In this document: positions 48,786-58,261 of the stretch, piece after piece | Layout: each line of letters starts with the position of its first letter | Position numbering within the stretch: the first letter of the stretch is position 1 | Source of the DNA: a virus | Lineage: Duplodnaviria; Caudoviricetes | DNA length: 64,000 nt | IMG/VR virus record: IMGVR_UViG_3300018405_000011 | Direction: 5' to 3' (one strand) | Notes under the pieces: generated by a model | Databases searched by the model: none | The model's input: the letters and a program-made list of their open reading frames with translations, nothing else | What the model was told of the DNA's origin: nothing | Program-made: the position numbers and the translations under genes

Positions 48786-50731
48786 TGAATCGGCACTATC
48801 ATGTACGCGACATATTGGCAATGCCGAAAAATGAAGTATGGGCTCTTCCTGATGGGGGGCTCTTTCTCACCTTTGATAATGGAGAAGAACTTAAAGTACC
48901 GACCCGAAGTACCATAGAGAGCAGCTATTACTGGAAGCTCTTTAAGTACTGGCCCGGTGCTCAGATTCTGCCCAGACACCATTTCCAAGATAAGTTCTAT
49001 AAAGCCGATAGTCACGACAAAATGTCAACACTGGTTTTACAGGACGTTTTCTTTGGCCACCATACTGAGTACCTCATGGGGGAAGGTAACGAGACCATAT
49101 GGGAAATGGCACGTAAAATCTACGAAATCACCAATGAGCTTTACAACGACAGTATCTGTATGATAGGACAGCATGTAGTCGGACTAGACATTGAAGACAT
49201 CGTGGACATATTAAACCATCCTGGAGTCATTAAAGCCAAGACGGATTATGAACATGGTCGTATCGATGTAGAAGAAGCCCATAATACAGTGTTTTCTATT
49301 GTAGCTGACACTGAAGGAGACCTTAAAGGAAACGTTGTATCCAATGGCATGGCTTCAGATAACTTAAACCGCCGTCAAGCTACCCAGGTGATTGGTCCTC
49401 GTGCCTATGTCCCTGACATTAACGGTGAGTCCTGTAAGACACCTATCTATGTCGGTTATGCAGATGGCTTACATACGCTCTATGACCGCTTCCGTGAGTC
49501 ACGTGCCGCAGCTATCTCACTGTATATGGCATCAGGTCCACTGGAGCAATCCGAATACAACAACCGCATGTGTCAGTTCCTATGTGGTGTAATTACGGGC
49601 GTGTACTATGGTGACTGCGGTGGTAGTGTTACGTTACCATGGAAGGTCGCCCCTGATGATTTAAAATACCTTCAGGGTAAAGTGCATATGGTAGAAGGTA
49701 AACAGAAAGTTATTTTCGGCCACGAGACGGACCTTATTGGTAAAACAATTAACTTACGGTCAATCACGACATGTACCCATCATGACCCGTCTAAACCGTG
49801 TTCGGTCTGTCTAGGCCTCAATGCATTAACCGTACCGCCCGGTACCAACTTAGGCCACCATCTATCGACGGAACCACTTGCTCGTATTTCGCAGACCATC
49901 TTATCCACCAAACACGTATTGGCTTCTACAAAGTCTGTCTATTTGGAGATTAACGAAGGGAATGCAAGATACCTAAGACTGGACCCGAACGATAACTTTA
50001 AAGTACTCTTTACTAAAGATGTGGTGGAGGGCAACATCTCTTTAAGAATACCTTTAGAGCAAGCCGCCTTTGTTAATGACATTTTAGCTGAGGTGGATAT
50101 TGATGAGTTATCCCCAGAACGCATATCCGCCTTAGAAACCATTCAGTTTATTGAATACGATAAACACGGCGGTATTCGTAGCACGATGGATGTCAGTGTG
50201 GATATTGGTGGTAAAGGCTCCCCGTTAACATTAGCGTTCCTAAGTTACATGCGGGATGTAAAGTGGGACTATGTCGGACAATCACTGGAGGTGAAACTGA
50301 ACGAATGGGATTATACCCAACCCTTCATTAAGACACCGCGTCGTGGTGAAGACATCATGTCAATCCTTAAAATCACAACGCAGTTCTTACATTCACCAAA
50401 CGACTCTGGGTCGGTTCGAGCAGTAGACTTTACTAAGCCAGGTCCTGCTCTACGTGGGTTACTGGATGGCATGTCATCTAAAATCCATGTAAACTTGACA
50501 CACGTGGAAGTATTTGTACGTGCTTTAATGGCATTGGGGGAAGACTCATATGCGCTTCCTAAAGGCGGGGAACCTTTCCGTTTCATCCGTCTAAAAGAAG
50601 CCATTCAGAAACGTGGACTAGGTGCGGCACTGGCGTTTGAAGGTGTCTCTGATTTAATCAAAGACCCATCGACATACATGCGACATATGGATGACATTCC
50701 GTCACATCCACTAGAACATCTCGTTATGTAG
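48782..50731 (+). CDS. Non-virion RNAP beta-prime C-terminal subunit (phiKZ gp74-like)
   Basis: SGPLEQSEYNNR, DCG, LRSITTC...CSVCLG zinc site, SQTILSTKH. Confidence 0.85.
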   Translation: MMNRHYHVRDILAMPKNEVWALPDGGLFLTFDNGEELKVPTRSTIESSYYWKLFKYWPGAQILPRHHFQDKFYKADSHDKMSTLVLQDVFFGHHTEYLMGEGNETIWEMARKIYEITNELYNDSICMIGQHVVGLDIEDIVDILNHPGVIKAKTDYEHGRIDVEEAHNTVFSIVADTEGDLKGNVVSNGMASDNLNRRQATQVIGPRAYVPDINGESCKTPIYVGYADGLHTLYDRFRESRAAAISLYMASGPLEQSEYNNRMCQFLCGVITGVYYGDCGGSVTLPWKVAPDDLKYLQGKVHMVEGKQKVIFGHETDLIGKTINLRSITTCTHHDPSKPCSVCLGLNALTVPPGTNLGHHLSTEPLARISQTILSTKHVLASTKSVYLEINEGNARYLRLDPNDNFKVLFTKDVVEGNISLRIPLEQAAFVNDILAEVDIDELSPERISALETIQFIEYDKHGGIRSTMDVSVDIGGKGSPLTLAFLSYMRDVKWDYVGQSLEVKLNEWDYTQPFIKTPRRGEDIMSILKITTQFLHSPNDSGSVRAVDFTKPGPALRGLLDGMSSKIHVNLTHVEVFVRALMALGEDSYALPKGGEPFRFIRLKEAIQKRGLGAALAFEGVSDLIKDPSTYMRHMDDIPSHPLEHLVM

Positions 50732-50854
50732 CTACATTCCTCCTACTCTTAACCGGGTAGGAGGAATAGCTTCTTTTCTTTGTAAAACATTAATAGGAGT
50801 GCGAATCTAATAAGGATAAGGTTTTATGCCGCCATACGGCATAAACGACGATAA

Positions 50855-52399
50855 ATGGAGCCTACCTTTGTGATTAACATTACTGTCGGTAATCATGGTT
50901 GTAAGATAGTGCCAGAAAACAGGTCGGAGTTATTAGCCGTGCTCGGCTATATCCGTCAACATCTTGTGCAATCTGAACAAACCTTTAATCCGCGTACTCG
51001 CCAATACGAAGTTGAGCAGAAAGCCATCTTTGCATCTGCAACTTCAGACAAAAGCGAGTTAAGAATATTACGTTCCGACTTAGAGCCCCTATTGTCCCAT
51101 CTTGACTTCATGGGGTATGACTCAAGTCGCTATACCCTACAGGAGAATCTATCTACCGATGTTTATGAAACCATTGACATCGAAATGCACCCTAACTTTA
51201 CCCCTAGAAACAGCCAGCAACAACAAGCCGTAGACTTTGCTCTAGTCCCTAACAAAATCACAAGGGTACTGCAAGCCGCTACTGGTTTTGGTAAAACGTT
51301 CTGTGGGTATTGGACAGCCTGTCAGCTTAAGCGCCGTACAGGCTTTATCATGGAACCTTCTCATATAAAGACCTGGTTAAAAGACGCTAAGGCCTATTGT
51401 ACTATACGAGACAAAGAAATCCTTGTAATCCAGGGCTCAGAGTCTTTACGTGCAGTAATGGAACTTAAAGCACTAGGGCAGTTAACCCATAAGTTTATCT
51501 TTTTCTCCGCCGTGACTTTACGTAACTACATTACGGACTATGAGAATAAAGACGAGCCCTTTCCATTCGATGTTAAACCTGAAGACCTAATGTCCTATTT
51601 AGGCATTGGGTATCTCATACGTGACGAAGCACATGAGGCTATCCACGCCCTCTGTAAGCAGACTATGTACTTTAACGTCCCTAAGATACTGTTTCTATCT
51701 GCGACACTTGTTAGTGACAATCGCTTTATTAATACTATCTATGACAGAGTCTATCCAAAAGAAGACATGTGGGTATCAGAGCCTAATAAGCACATCCATG
51801 TAAGGAGCTGCTTCTATCATGCCTCTTCTAAAATTGGATTAACTGGTAAAGGACCTCGTGGTTATAGTCATGCTAACTATGAGAAGACCATTCTTAAGAA
51901 AGCGTCTTTGAAGAAAGAGTATTGGGAACTCATCCGTCAATGTGTCACCGTCTCTTACATAAAGAGCCATAAGCCTAAACTTAAATGCCTCGTCATTGTA
52001 GCTACCATTAAAATGGCAGAATATCTGTCTAAGATGGCACGGGAACAGTGGCCACAGTTTACAGTAGGCTGTTATGTCGCTGGAGCTAAGTCAGAAGAAC
52101 TCTATGAAAGAGACATTGTCTTCTCAACTCCTAAAGGAGCAGGTACTGGCGTAGATATTCCAAACCTTTATGTAGGTTGGAATACGGTGGCTATTGGCTC
52201 TACTCAGCTACAGAGACAAATCATGGGTCGATTAAGGGAAGTAAAAGCTTACCCTGATATGTCGCCTTACTTCTTCATGTTGTTTAATGAAGACGTACCA
52301 CAGCACCGTGCCTATGAAAAGAAACGTCAGATTGACAACGTCGGTCGATGTAAGTCTTATCAGAAGGTACCGCTAGGAGTTACACTAGGATTAAAATAA
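50855..52399 (+). CDS. SF2 DEAH-box helicase (phiKZ gp75/UvsW-like)
   Basis: AATGFGKT, RDEAH, LSATL, GTGVDIP and QIMGRLR motifs. Confidence 0.9.
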   Translation: MEPTFVINITVGNHGCKIVPENRSELLAVLGYIRQHLVQSEQTFNPRTRQYEVEQKAIFASATSDKSELRILRSDLEPLLSHLDFMGYDSSRYTLQENLSTDVYETIDIEMHPNFTPRNSQQQQAVDFALVPNKITRVLQAATGFGKTFCGYWTACQLKRRTGFIMEPSHIKTWLKDAKAYCTIRDKEILVIQGSESLRAVMELKALGQLTHKFIFFSAVTLRNYITDYENKDEPFPFDVKPEDLMSYLGIGYLIRDEAHEAIHALCKQTMYFNVPKILFLSATLVSDNRFINTIYDRVYPKEDMWVSEPNKHIHVRSCFYHASSKIGLTGKGPRGYSHANYEKTILKKASLKKEYWELIRQCVTVSYIKSHKPKLKCLVIVATIKMAEYLSKMAREQWPQFTVGCYVAGAKSEELYERDIVFSTPKGAGTGVDIPNLYVGWNTVAIGSTQLQRQIMGRLREVKAYPDMSPYFFMLFNEDVPQHRAYEKKRQIDNVGRCKSYQKVPLGVTLGLK

Positions 52400-52506
52400 G
52401 ATGATTGAGGTACCTTAACCGGTACCTCAATGCTTTGTCTATTTTTTTTTTTGTCAAATCTTGTAGCTTTACCTAACCTTTATTTACCACAACAAGGAAA
52501 TGCATT

Positions 52507-53094
52507 ATGTATCGTCAACATGTACTTTGTGACGGGACATCATTAATGGCCTTTTTTCTAGAACTAGAAAAAGATAATGAGTCCAGACTGGAAAAAGGGA
52601 AAGAACCTTTAATTCCGTGTTTACTTCTAACGGGTCCTATTAGTAGTCCTTGGGCTATGTTAGGCATCTACGACATCATTCGCCAGAATGCACATCTAAA
52701 TCCCGTGCTACGCATTATGGCAAATATGTTTATTCATAACCTTATCTTTGCACTGGCCGTAGGCAAAGACAATACCTATGTGACCGAATCTATAATCGTA
52801 CTTCCGTTCGAGTTGACTTACTTTGACTACGCTACCTTAACGGACATGGAAATCGCTACAGAAGCAAACGTTCGCCTTATTGAACGTATCTATGGCATTT
52901 TGGGTGAAGGCTATTCATGGGAAACCGAAAAGCTTATCGATTTTAATATCGAGAAAGACGTGCTGCTTTATAAAGAGCTTTCAGCAATGGGCTATAAACT
53001 CTTCCCAGGTAACCCAGTTGGCATTGAGAACGAAGTTATTGATGAAGATGACGCGTTAGATGATGATGCTGACGTGCCACAGCCAGCGATTTAA
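52507..53094 (+). CDS. ClpP-fold pseudoprotease (ClpR-like)
   Basis: Colinear with ClpP by eye (GIYDII, TDMEI, EKDVLL, MGY) but lacks the catalytic Ser and His motifs; acidic tail. Confidence 0.55.
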   Translation: MYRQHVLCDGTSLMAFFLELEKDNESRLEKGKEPLIPCLLLTGPISSPWAMLGIYDIIRQNAHLNPVLRIMANMFIHNLIFALAVGKDNTYVTESIIVLPFELTYFDYATLTDMEIATEANVRLIERIYGILGEGYSWETEKLIDFNIEKDVLLYKELSAMGYKLFPGNPVGIENEVIDEDDALDDDADVPQPAI

Positions 53095-53103
53095 GGAGCG
53101 ACC

Positions 53104-53610
53104 ATGAAACGAACACTAGTTTTAAGTGGTAATGTTGAGATGGACCATATCCTATTCATTATTTCTGAAATGGAACGAATGGACGCCGAGTCTAACGATG
53201 ACATATTCCTCATTGTAGATAGCTTTGGTGGCTGTGTAGCATCAGCTCTAGCCCTGTATGAAGCATCACGTAATATCAAGTCTGACATCGTTACGATTGG
53301 TGTCGGTAAGGTAATGTCTGCGGGCTTGTTCATCGTTGCGACGATTGGAACCGAAGCAAAACGTCTAGCTATGCCAAACACACAGTTTATGTATCATGAA
53401 GTGCGTGGGTTTGGTATGATGGATGTTTCATCCGTAAGAGTACGTCGCATTTACAACCAGCGCCTACTGGAACTGTTTTCTAAACATACAGGCAGCCCAG
53501 TAGAGACCTTACGTGAACTGGGTAAGCGTGACACTTATAAGTTCCCTGAAGAAATCATCAATGAAGGCTTAGGCTGGATTGATGCCATTGTGCAGCCACA
53601 GACAGCATAA
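53104..53610 (+). CDS. clpP: ClpP-family serine protease
   Basis: DSFGG, GKVMSAG (Ser), FMYHE (His), KRDTY (Asp). Confidence 0.88.
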   Translation: MKRTLVLSGNVEMDHILFIISEMERMDAESNDDIFLIVDSFGGCVASALALYEASRNIKSDIVTIGVGKVMSAGLFIVATIGTEAKRLAMPNTQFMYHEVRGFGMMDVSSVRVRRIYNQRLLELFSKHTGSPVETLRELGKRDTYKFPEEIINEGLGWIDAIVQPQTA

Positions 53611-53626
53611 TAAGACCTCCTATGCC

Positions 53627-54124
53627 CTAGGGCATAGGAGTGTCCTTTTTACCGTGTTGGGTGGCATTGATGGCTGCTTGCACGTCTTTATCATGGCCTT
53701 GCATCGCATTAGCGGCGAGTTCGTTTTCACGTCTTAGTACTCGCTCACACTTATCCATGATGTCTTCAAAATCCTGTACACAGGTTTCATACAGTAAAGT
53801 GTGTATCGACATCCCTGTCTTTTCCGTAATCCCTGCGTCTATGATACGGTCAATCATCGCTTTCTTAGCCCAGTCTCTGGCACGCTTCTTTTTAATGGTT
53901 ACCAAAGGAAAAGGGTCAGTCGCATTGACGACATTGTGATTATGAATGTTAAAAGACGTTTCAAATATTTCCCTAGCCAGCAGTTGCCGTAAGACGGCAT
54001 CGGTGGTACCTATCTCTAGGAACTTTATCCAATGCCGCTCACGTTCTTCTAGGGTAGGGACGAAGTCTAAGGCACTTAACGTGTCCCTTAGCGCCTCTGG
54101 CCTGAACTCAATACCATTATAACG
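53627..54124 (-). CDS. Start-less -1 frame extension of the upstream gene (candidate frameshift product)
   Basis: The frame is open from 54166 to the stop at 53627. The first start codon is TTG at 53905. It overlaps the upstream gene at T TTT TTC. Confidence 0.6.
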   Translation of the reverse strand, partial: RYNGIEFRPEALRDTLSALDFVPTLEERERHWIKFLEIGTTDAVLRQLLAREIFETSFNIHNHNVVNATDPFPLVTIKKKRARDWAKKAMIDRIIDAGITEKTGMSIHTLLYETCVQDFEDIMDKCERVLRRENELAANAMQGHDKDVQAAINATQHGKKDTPMP

Positions 54125-55677
54125 AAAAAATAGTGCACCACTGGGATAGGGATGATCCCCGGACGCTTATCCGACTTACGAGACTGACCTCGCCCACAGG
54201 CAGGGCATTTATAGTTAGGAATCCCCACAAAGGCATGAGTGTACTTCGCCTTAAAATCTTCGACTGCGTCAATCAGCGCATCGCTGACTTCGTCAGACGC
54301 CGATAGGTCGCCTAGACGGTCCATGACTTCTTCACGGGTTTTCCAGCCCATCTCACCTACGTTTTCGCCGCCACATGTCCATGTTGTCCCAGTAGACTCT
54401 TCAATAATTTCACGAATCCAACTACTGTGACGCTGTGCAGTCAATCGTGAAATTAACATGCGTATTGCGTTCTGACGACGTTCGGTAGACGCTTTAAGAC
54501 CTAAGTCAGGAGCGGTTTCTAAAGCACGGTCTACTGACATCACGACGTCCGATAACCAGCGTTTACATTCTAGTCGGTAGTCTTTGTACATAGGCGCACG
54601 GATAACAACTTTATAAATCGCTTTACCTTGTTCGTTTAAAGGACCCGATGTAATAGCAAGGTCTTTAAAGTCATTGCGGTAATCTTCGATGTCCTTTAAC
54701 GTAACAGACTGCATCGGCATATTAATGAGGCGGGCTTGTTTGGCAGTAAATCTGTCTGTGTCAATATGTGTCACCATACGAAAATCTAGACGCACGAGTT
54801 CGTCTACATTCTTAACGGCTTTTAAGGTACTCCAGTCACAGCTCCCTTCGCTATCGAACTTATAGGTACAGTCACGCACAAAAGGATATCCACGTGGATA
54901 CATCGCGGCTAAGCCACCCACTAGTAGCGTATAGAGGTCACGCACATCAAGATGTTCTTCGATAATGGCCTTAGTCCATCCCTTAATCGTAGTATCTGTT
55001 ACGTGGTCTAGTACAAAGTCCGTCATGTGACACAATAAGTGAGCGTCATCGGCTGAAATGATTTGCCCATTGGTTTTCATACCTACATCTTCAACCATCG
55101 TAAGCAGTTGAGTCTGGAAGGTAAAGATTTCACCAGGAGTAAAACCTCCCAATTGCACGGTAAAGCCGCTGTGCCATAAACGCCATACTACGTTTTCACC
55201 CGTACCCAGCATTGCTTGAATGCGACGCCGCGCAGCATCACCAGAAAGTCTATCAGTGCCTTCGGCTACCGCACTACTTAAGAAGGTGTTGGTTACGCGC
55301 TTAGCATCGGACATCAGATACTGAGCAAGCTTCTTATCGCCAACCATATCATCGTAGCGTTCAGTAAGTGTCATATGGCTTAAACGCAAAAGGTAGTCAC
55401 CTATCTCTTTACGTCGAGCTGGACTGAGGGTATCGTCTTTAGCGATTTCTTCAATCAGCCCTTTAATCGTTACGATGTCTGCTTGACCAGACGGAAGAGG
55501 TAATACTTCATCAGGGTCGAGTTTATCGTCCACTTCTAAAGGGTTATGGTAACTATAGCCCTCGGGCATATCCCATTCGTCAATAATAGGGGATGTTGCT
55601 TCCTCCACCTTGGCAGTATCGTCTTCCGATATTAATGGGGTAATATCTTCAGGTTGATATTCAAATTCATCACTCAT
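54088..55677 (-). CDS. Conserved phiKZ gp77-like protein; possible baseplate/tail assembly chaperone
   Basis: 529 aa; C-terminal YKCPACG zinc knuckle followed by IIPIPVVHYFF. Confidence 0.55.
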   Translation of the reverse strand: MSDEFEYQPEDITPLISEDDTAKVEEATSPIIDEWDMPEGYSYHNPLEVDDKLDPDEVLPLPSGQADIVTIKGLIEEIAKDDTLSPARRKEIGDYLLRLSHMTLTERYDDMVGDKKLAQYLMSDAKRVTNTFLSSAVAEGTDRLSGDAARRRIQAMLGTGENVVWRLWHSGFTVQLGGFTPGEIFTFQTQLLTMVEDVGMKTNGQIISADDAHLLCHMTDFVLDHVTDTTIKGWTKAIIEEHLDVRDLYTLLVGGLAAMYPRGYPFVRDCTYKFDSEGSCDWSTLKAVKNVDELVRLDFRMVTHIDTDRFTAKQARLINMPMQSVTLKDIEDYRNDFKDLAITSGPLNEQGKAIYKVVIRAPMYKDYRLECKRWLSDVVMSVDRALETAPDLGLKASTERRQNAIRMLISRLTAQRHSSWIREIIEESTGTTWTCGGENVGEMGWKTREEVMDRLGDLSASDEVSDALIDAVEDFKAKYTHAFVGIPNYKCPACGRGQSRKSDKRPGIIPIPVVHYFFVIMVLSSGQRR

Positions 55678-55688
55678 GTGGGTGCTCC

Positions 55689-56024
55689 TTAAGAAATCAG
55701 TTTAGACAGTTCATTTCCGAGGTCTTCAACCTCAGTCATAATTGAGCAAAGTTCGCTATAGGTATTGTAATAGCGCATCATGTCTGCTTCACCTACTAAC
55801 ATCTTAGCCGTAGGCAATGCATTAATTCTTAGCAGTGCATGCCTCTGACAGCACTGATTCAATCGCTTCATTAGGTTATGGATGCTTGCCTTTTTCTCAG
55901 TAGTATTGGCAATGGTATCTAATGCGGTAATGCCGGTTAAGACATGCTGACATCCAGCGAGTACATTGCCCGACTGAGAGTGGACATCTGCCCACGTTAC
56001 CGGCTTACGTTTCTTTTGTTTCAT
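55689..56024 (-). CDS. Hypothetical helical protein
   Basis: 111 aa; AAGGA RBS. Confidence 0.65.
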   Translation of the reverse strand: MKQKKRKPVTWADVHSQSGNVLAGCQHVLTGITALDTIANTTEKKASIHNLMKRLNQCCQRHALLRINALPTAKMLVGEADMMRYYNTYSELCSIMTEVEDLGNELSKLIS

Positions 56025-56126
56025 TGGTTAAATCCTTTTCGTGATTAAATTAAAGTTATTCTCTATATGGGATGGTACTCCTATGTAAAGAAAGAACAAA
56101 TTCTCTAGAATCTAGGAGTATAGACG

Positions 56127-56957
56127 ATGCTTAATACCTTATATGTCTACACAGGGTTACTCAAACCCTCTGTATTAGAATCCTTAGTAAAACTGGAAGG
56201 TTTATTCGAAACCCTTAACTATACCGACCATGAAATTGAAACCAGTGAAATTGAAATGTTAGAAGGCATGTCGGACGAAGACAAAGCCCATCGAGTTACC
56301 AACGCCTATGAAAAACACATCGATGTTTTGTTGTTATTGTTAGGGGTTTTCTTAGTCCCCGATGATGACCGAATTACGTTACCTTTTAAAGTGTCTCTGC
56401 TAGAAGGGGTATTCTCACTGGAAGATACCGATAACCTAGATATCGTAACCTCTACACTGCTAGAGATGGACGATGCTGATGCACTGATGGTCTTTGTAGA
56501 GTTACTGGTACAAGTCACCGCATTCCAGCCTGCTTTCTTACTAGCGCGCATTGAAGATGTTGAGACAAAGCTGATTCAGCGCTTAAAGAAAAAGACTGCG
56601 TTACCCGACCTACAAGCTTCTGTAGAACACGTACGTCATGATATCCGTGACCGTATCTTAGCGGTCGATGGGGCTAAAGAAGGTATCATTTACCGTACCA
56701 TAGCTCGTACGTCACAGCTTCCTTTAAGTTGGTCTGTTGCAAGTGCTGCTATCCTAAGACACGCTGAAGATACAGCCCCCGACGTACTAGGAAGAGAAGT
56801 CTATTTAGCCACCTTAGCTGCCGATATTGACCCCATTGCCCAAAGGCAAGAAGCCATTACTTTACTGGACGATGTCTACGGAGATAACCCTTCATACTCA
56901 TTCGCCCTAGACAGCCTACTGAGCTATCTAAAGGAATCTACCCATGTTAAAGAGTGA
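56127..56957 (+). CDS. Conserved phiKZ gp79-like protein
   Basis: 276 aa, acidic; directly precedes the vRNAP subunit. Confidence 0.5.
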   Translation: MLNTLYVYTGLLKPSVLESLVKLEGLFETLNYTDHEIETSEIEMLEGMSDEDKAHRVTNAYEKHIDVLLLLLGVFLVPDDDRITLPFKVSLLEGVFSLEDTDNLDIVTSTLLEMDDADALMVFVELLVQVTAFQPAFLLARIEDVETKLIQRLKKKTALPDLQASVEHVRHDIRDRILAVDGAKEGIIYRTIARTSQLPLSWSVASAAILRHAEDTAPDVLGREVYLATLAADIDPIAQRQEAITLLDDVYGDNPSYSFALDSLLSYLKESTHVKE

Positions 56958-58182
56958 TTATTTTAAAATGGCCTTAAAGGAAGGTTGGTATCGTGACCGC
57001 CAGTGGATACTGCGCGTCAATACCATCCAGAAGGCCGATAGAGCCCCTACGGATACCCTTCCTGGTTTTAAAGAGGGACAGTTCTACATCCTCTTAGAGG
57101 GCGCAGAAGAACCCATTACGGATACTGTACCAGACCAACCTCTCTTCCCTATTAAAGAAGTCCTCAGTCTAACCCCAGATGACTTAAAGTGCGTAAAAGA
57201 ACCTATTACGACCAACTATGGCGAAGCCACGATTAACGCCATTATCTTTGAGTACGGCAGTGCAGGTAAACTCCCTTTTATCCGGGGAGAAATCACCGGT
57301 AAACTTCTTTCTAAAGTGGTTGCTCGTGCTTTAGAAACGGATGTGATTACCGTCGATGACTACTTACGCATTATTGAAGGCATGAATTTCATTACGATGT
57401 TTGCAGACATCCATGTTGTCGCCTATACTCCTCGGTCTCTACAGGCATCTCCAGAAGCTTTACGTATACGAGATGAACTCTTAGCTAAGTTTAAAGACCA
57501 GCTCCATGACCCTGCGATTGTGGCGATGATAGACGAGGCCATTGTAGCTGCAGATAAAGAGTTTATGGAAGGTGACCCAGCCGCTAAGTTCTACTTAGCC
57601 GATAAAGCCTACGCTGTCGTTCGTAAGAAACTCTTCCATGTTCAAGGCGGGTTAACTCGACTGGATGACCCTTCTAAGATGGACTATATTCCACGAAGCT
57701 TAGATGAAGGGTATGCACCAGAAGACTTACCGGCTATCATTAACTCTCTGCGTAGTGGCTCTTATGACCGTGGTGCGTCTACCGCACTGGGTGGTGAAGC
57801 CGCTAAGTTCTCTAACCGTGTGTTCCAGAACTTAAAGATTGCTGAAGAGGACTGCGGGACTAAAGTAGGTAAACCAGAAACGGTCTCAGCAGAACGTAAC
57901 TTAGTCGGACGGTATATTGTCGGACGTGACACGCCAATTACCGAAGCGGAGTTTGAGACACTGATAGGTAAGCGCATTATCCTACGAGACCCTACGGGGT
58001 GTAAAACGGCAAACCGTGCGTACTGTGGCAAGTGCATGGGGGATAAAGAAGTGGAGTCTGAATTAGGACTAGGCCCCCGTCTGTCCGAGGTCTGTTCGGT
58101 ATTCTTGTCTGTTAGTCTTGCCGCATTCCACTCGGTTGCCTCTAAACTGGTAGTCTTCGACCCCAGTAAAGATATACATTAG
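56944..58182 (+). CDS. Virion RNAP beta-prime middle subunit (phiKZ gp80-like)
   Basis: SLDEGY, RSGSYDRGASTALGGEAAK, DCGT, LRDPTGC...YCGKCMG. Confidence 0.85.
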   Translation: MLKSDYFKMALKEGWYRDRQWILRVNTIQKADRAPTDTLPGFKEGQFYILLEGAEEPITDTVPDQPLFPIKEVLSLTPDDLKCVKEPITTNYGEATINAIIFEYGSAGKLPFIRGEITGKLLSKVVARALETDVITVDDYLRIIEGMNFITMFADIHVVAYTPRSLQASPEALRIRDELLAKFKDQLHDPAIVAMIDEAIVAADKEFMEGDPAAKFYLADKAYAVVRKKLFHVQGGLTRLDDPSKMDYIPRSLDEGYAPEDLPAIINSLRSGSYDRGASTALGGEAAKFSNRVFQNLKIAEEDCGTKVGKPETVSAERNLVGRYIVGRDTPITEAEFETLIGKRIILRDPTGCKTANRAYCGKCMGDKEVESELGLGPRLSEVCSVFLSVSLAAFHSVASKLVVFDPSKDIH

Positions 58183-58261
58183 TCATTGTTTAATAGATTT
58201 TTTGTATAGAAAGATATTGCCTAACTAATCATATAATAATTACGATTAATGGGACTATCTT

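Noticed and set aside
53617-53640. Perfect 24-bp palindrome CTCCTATGCCCTAGGGCATAGGAG as an operator or recombination site
   Set aside because: It lies exactly between convergent genes, like many other stems in the window; a bidirectional terminator is sufficient explanation.
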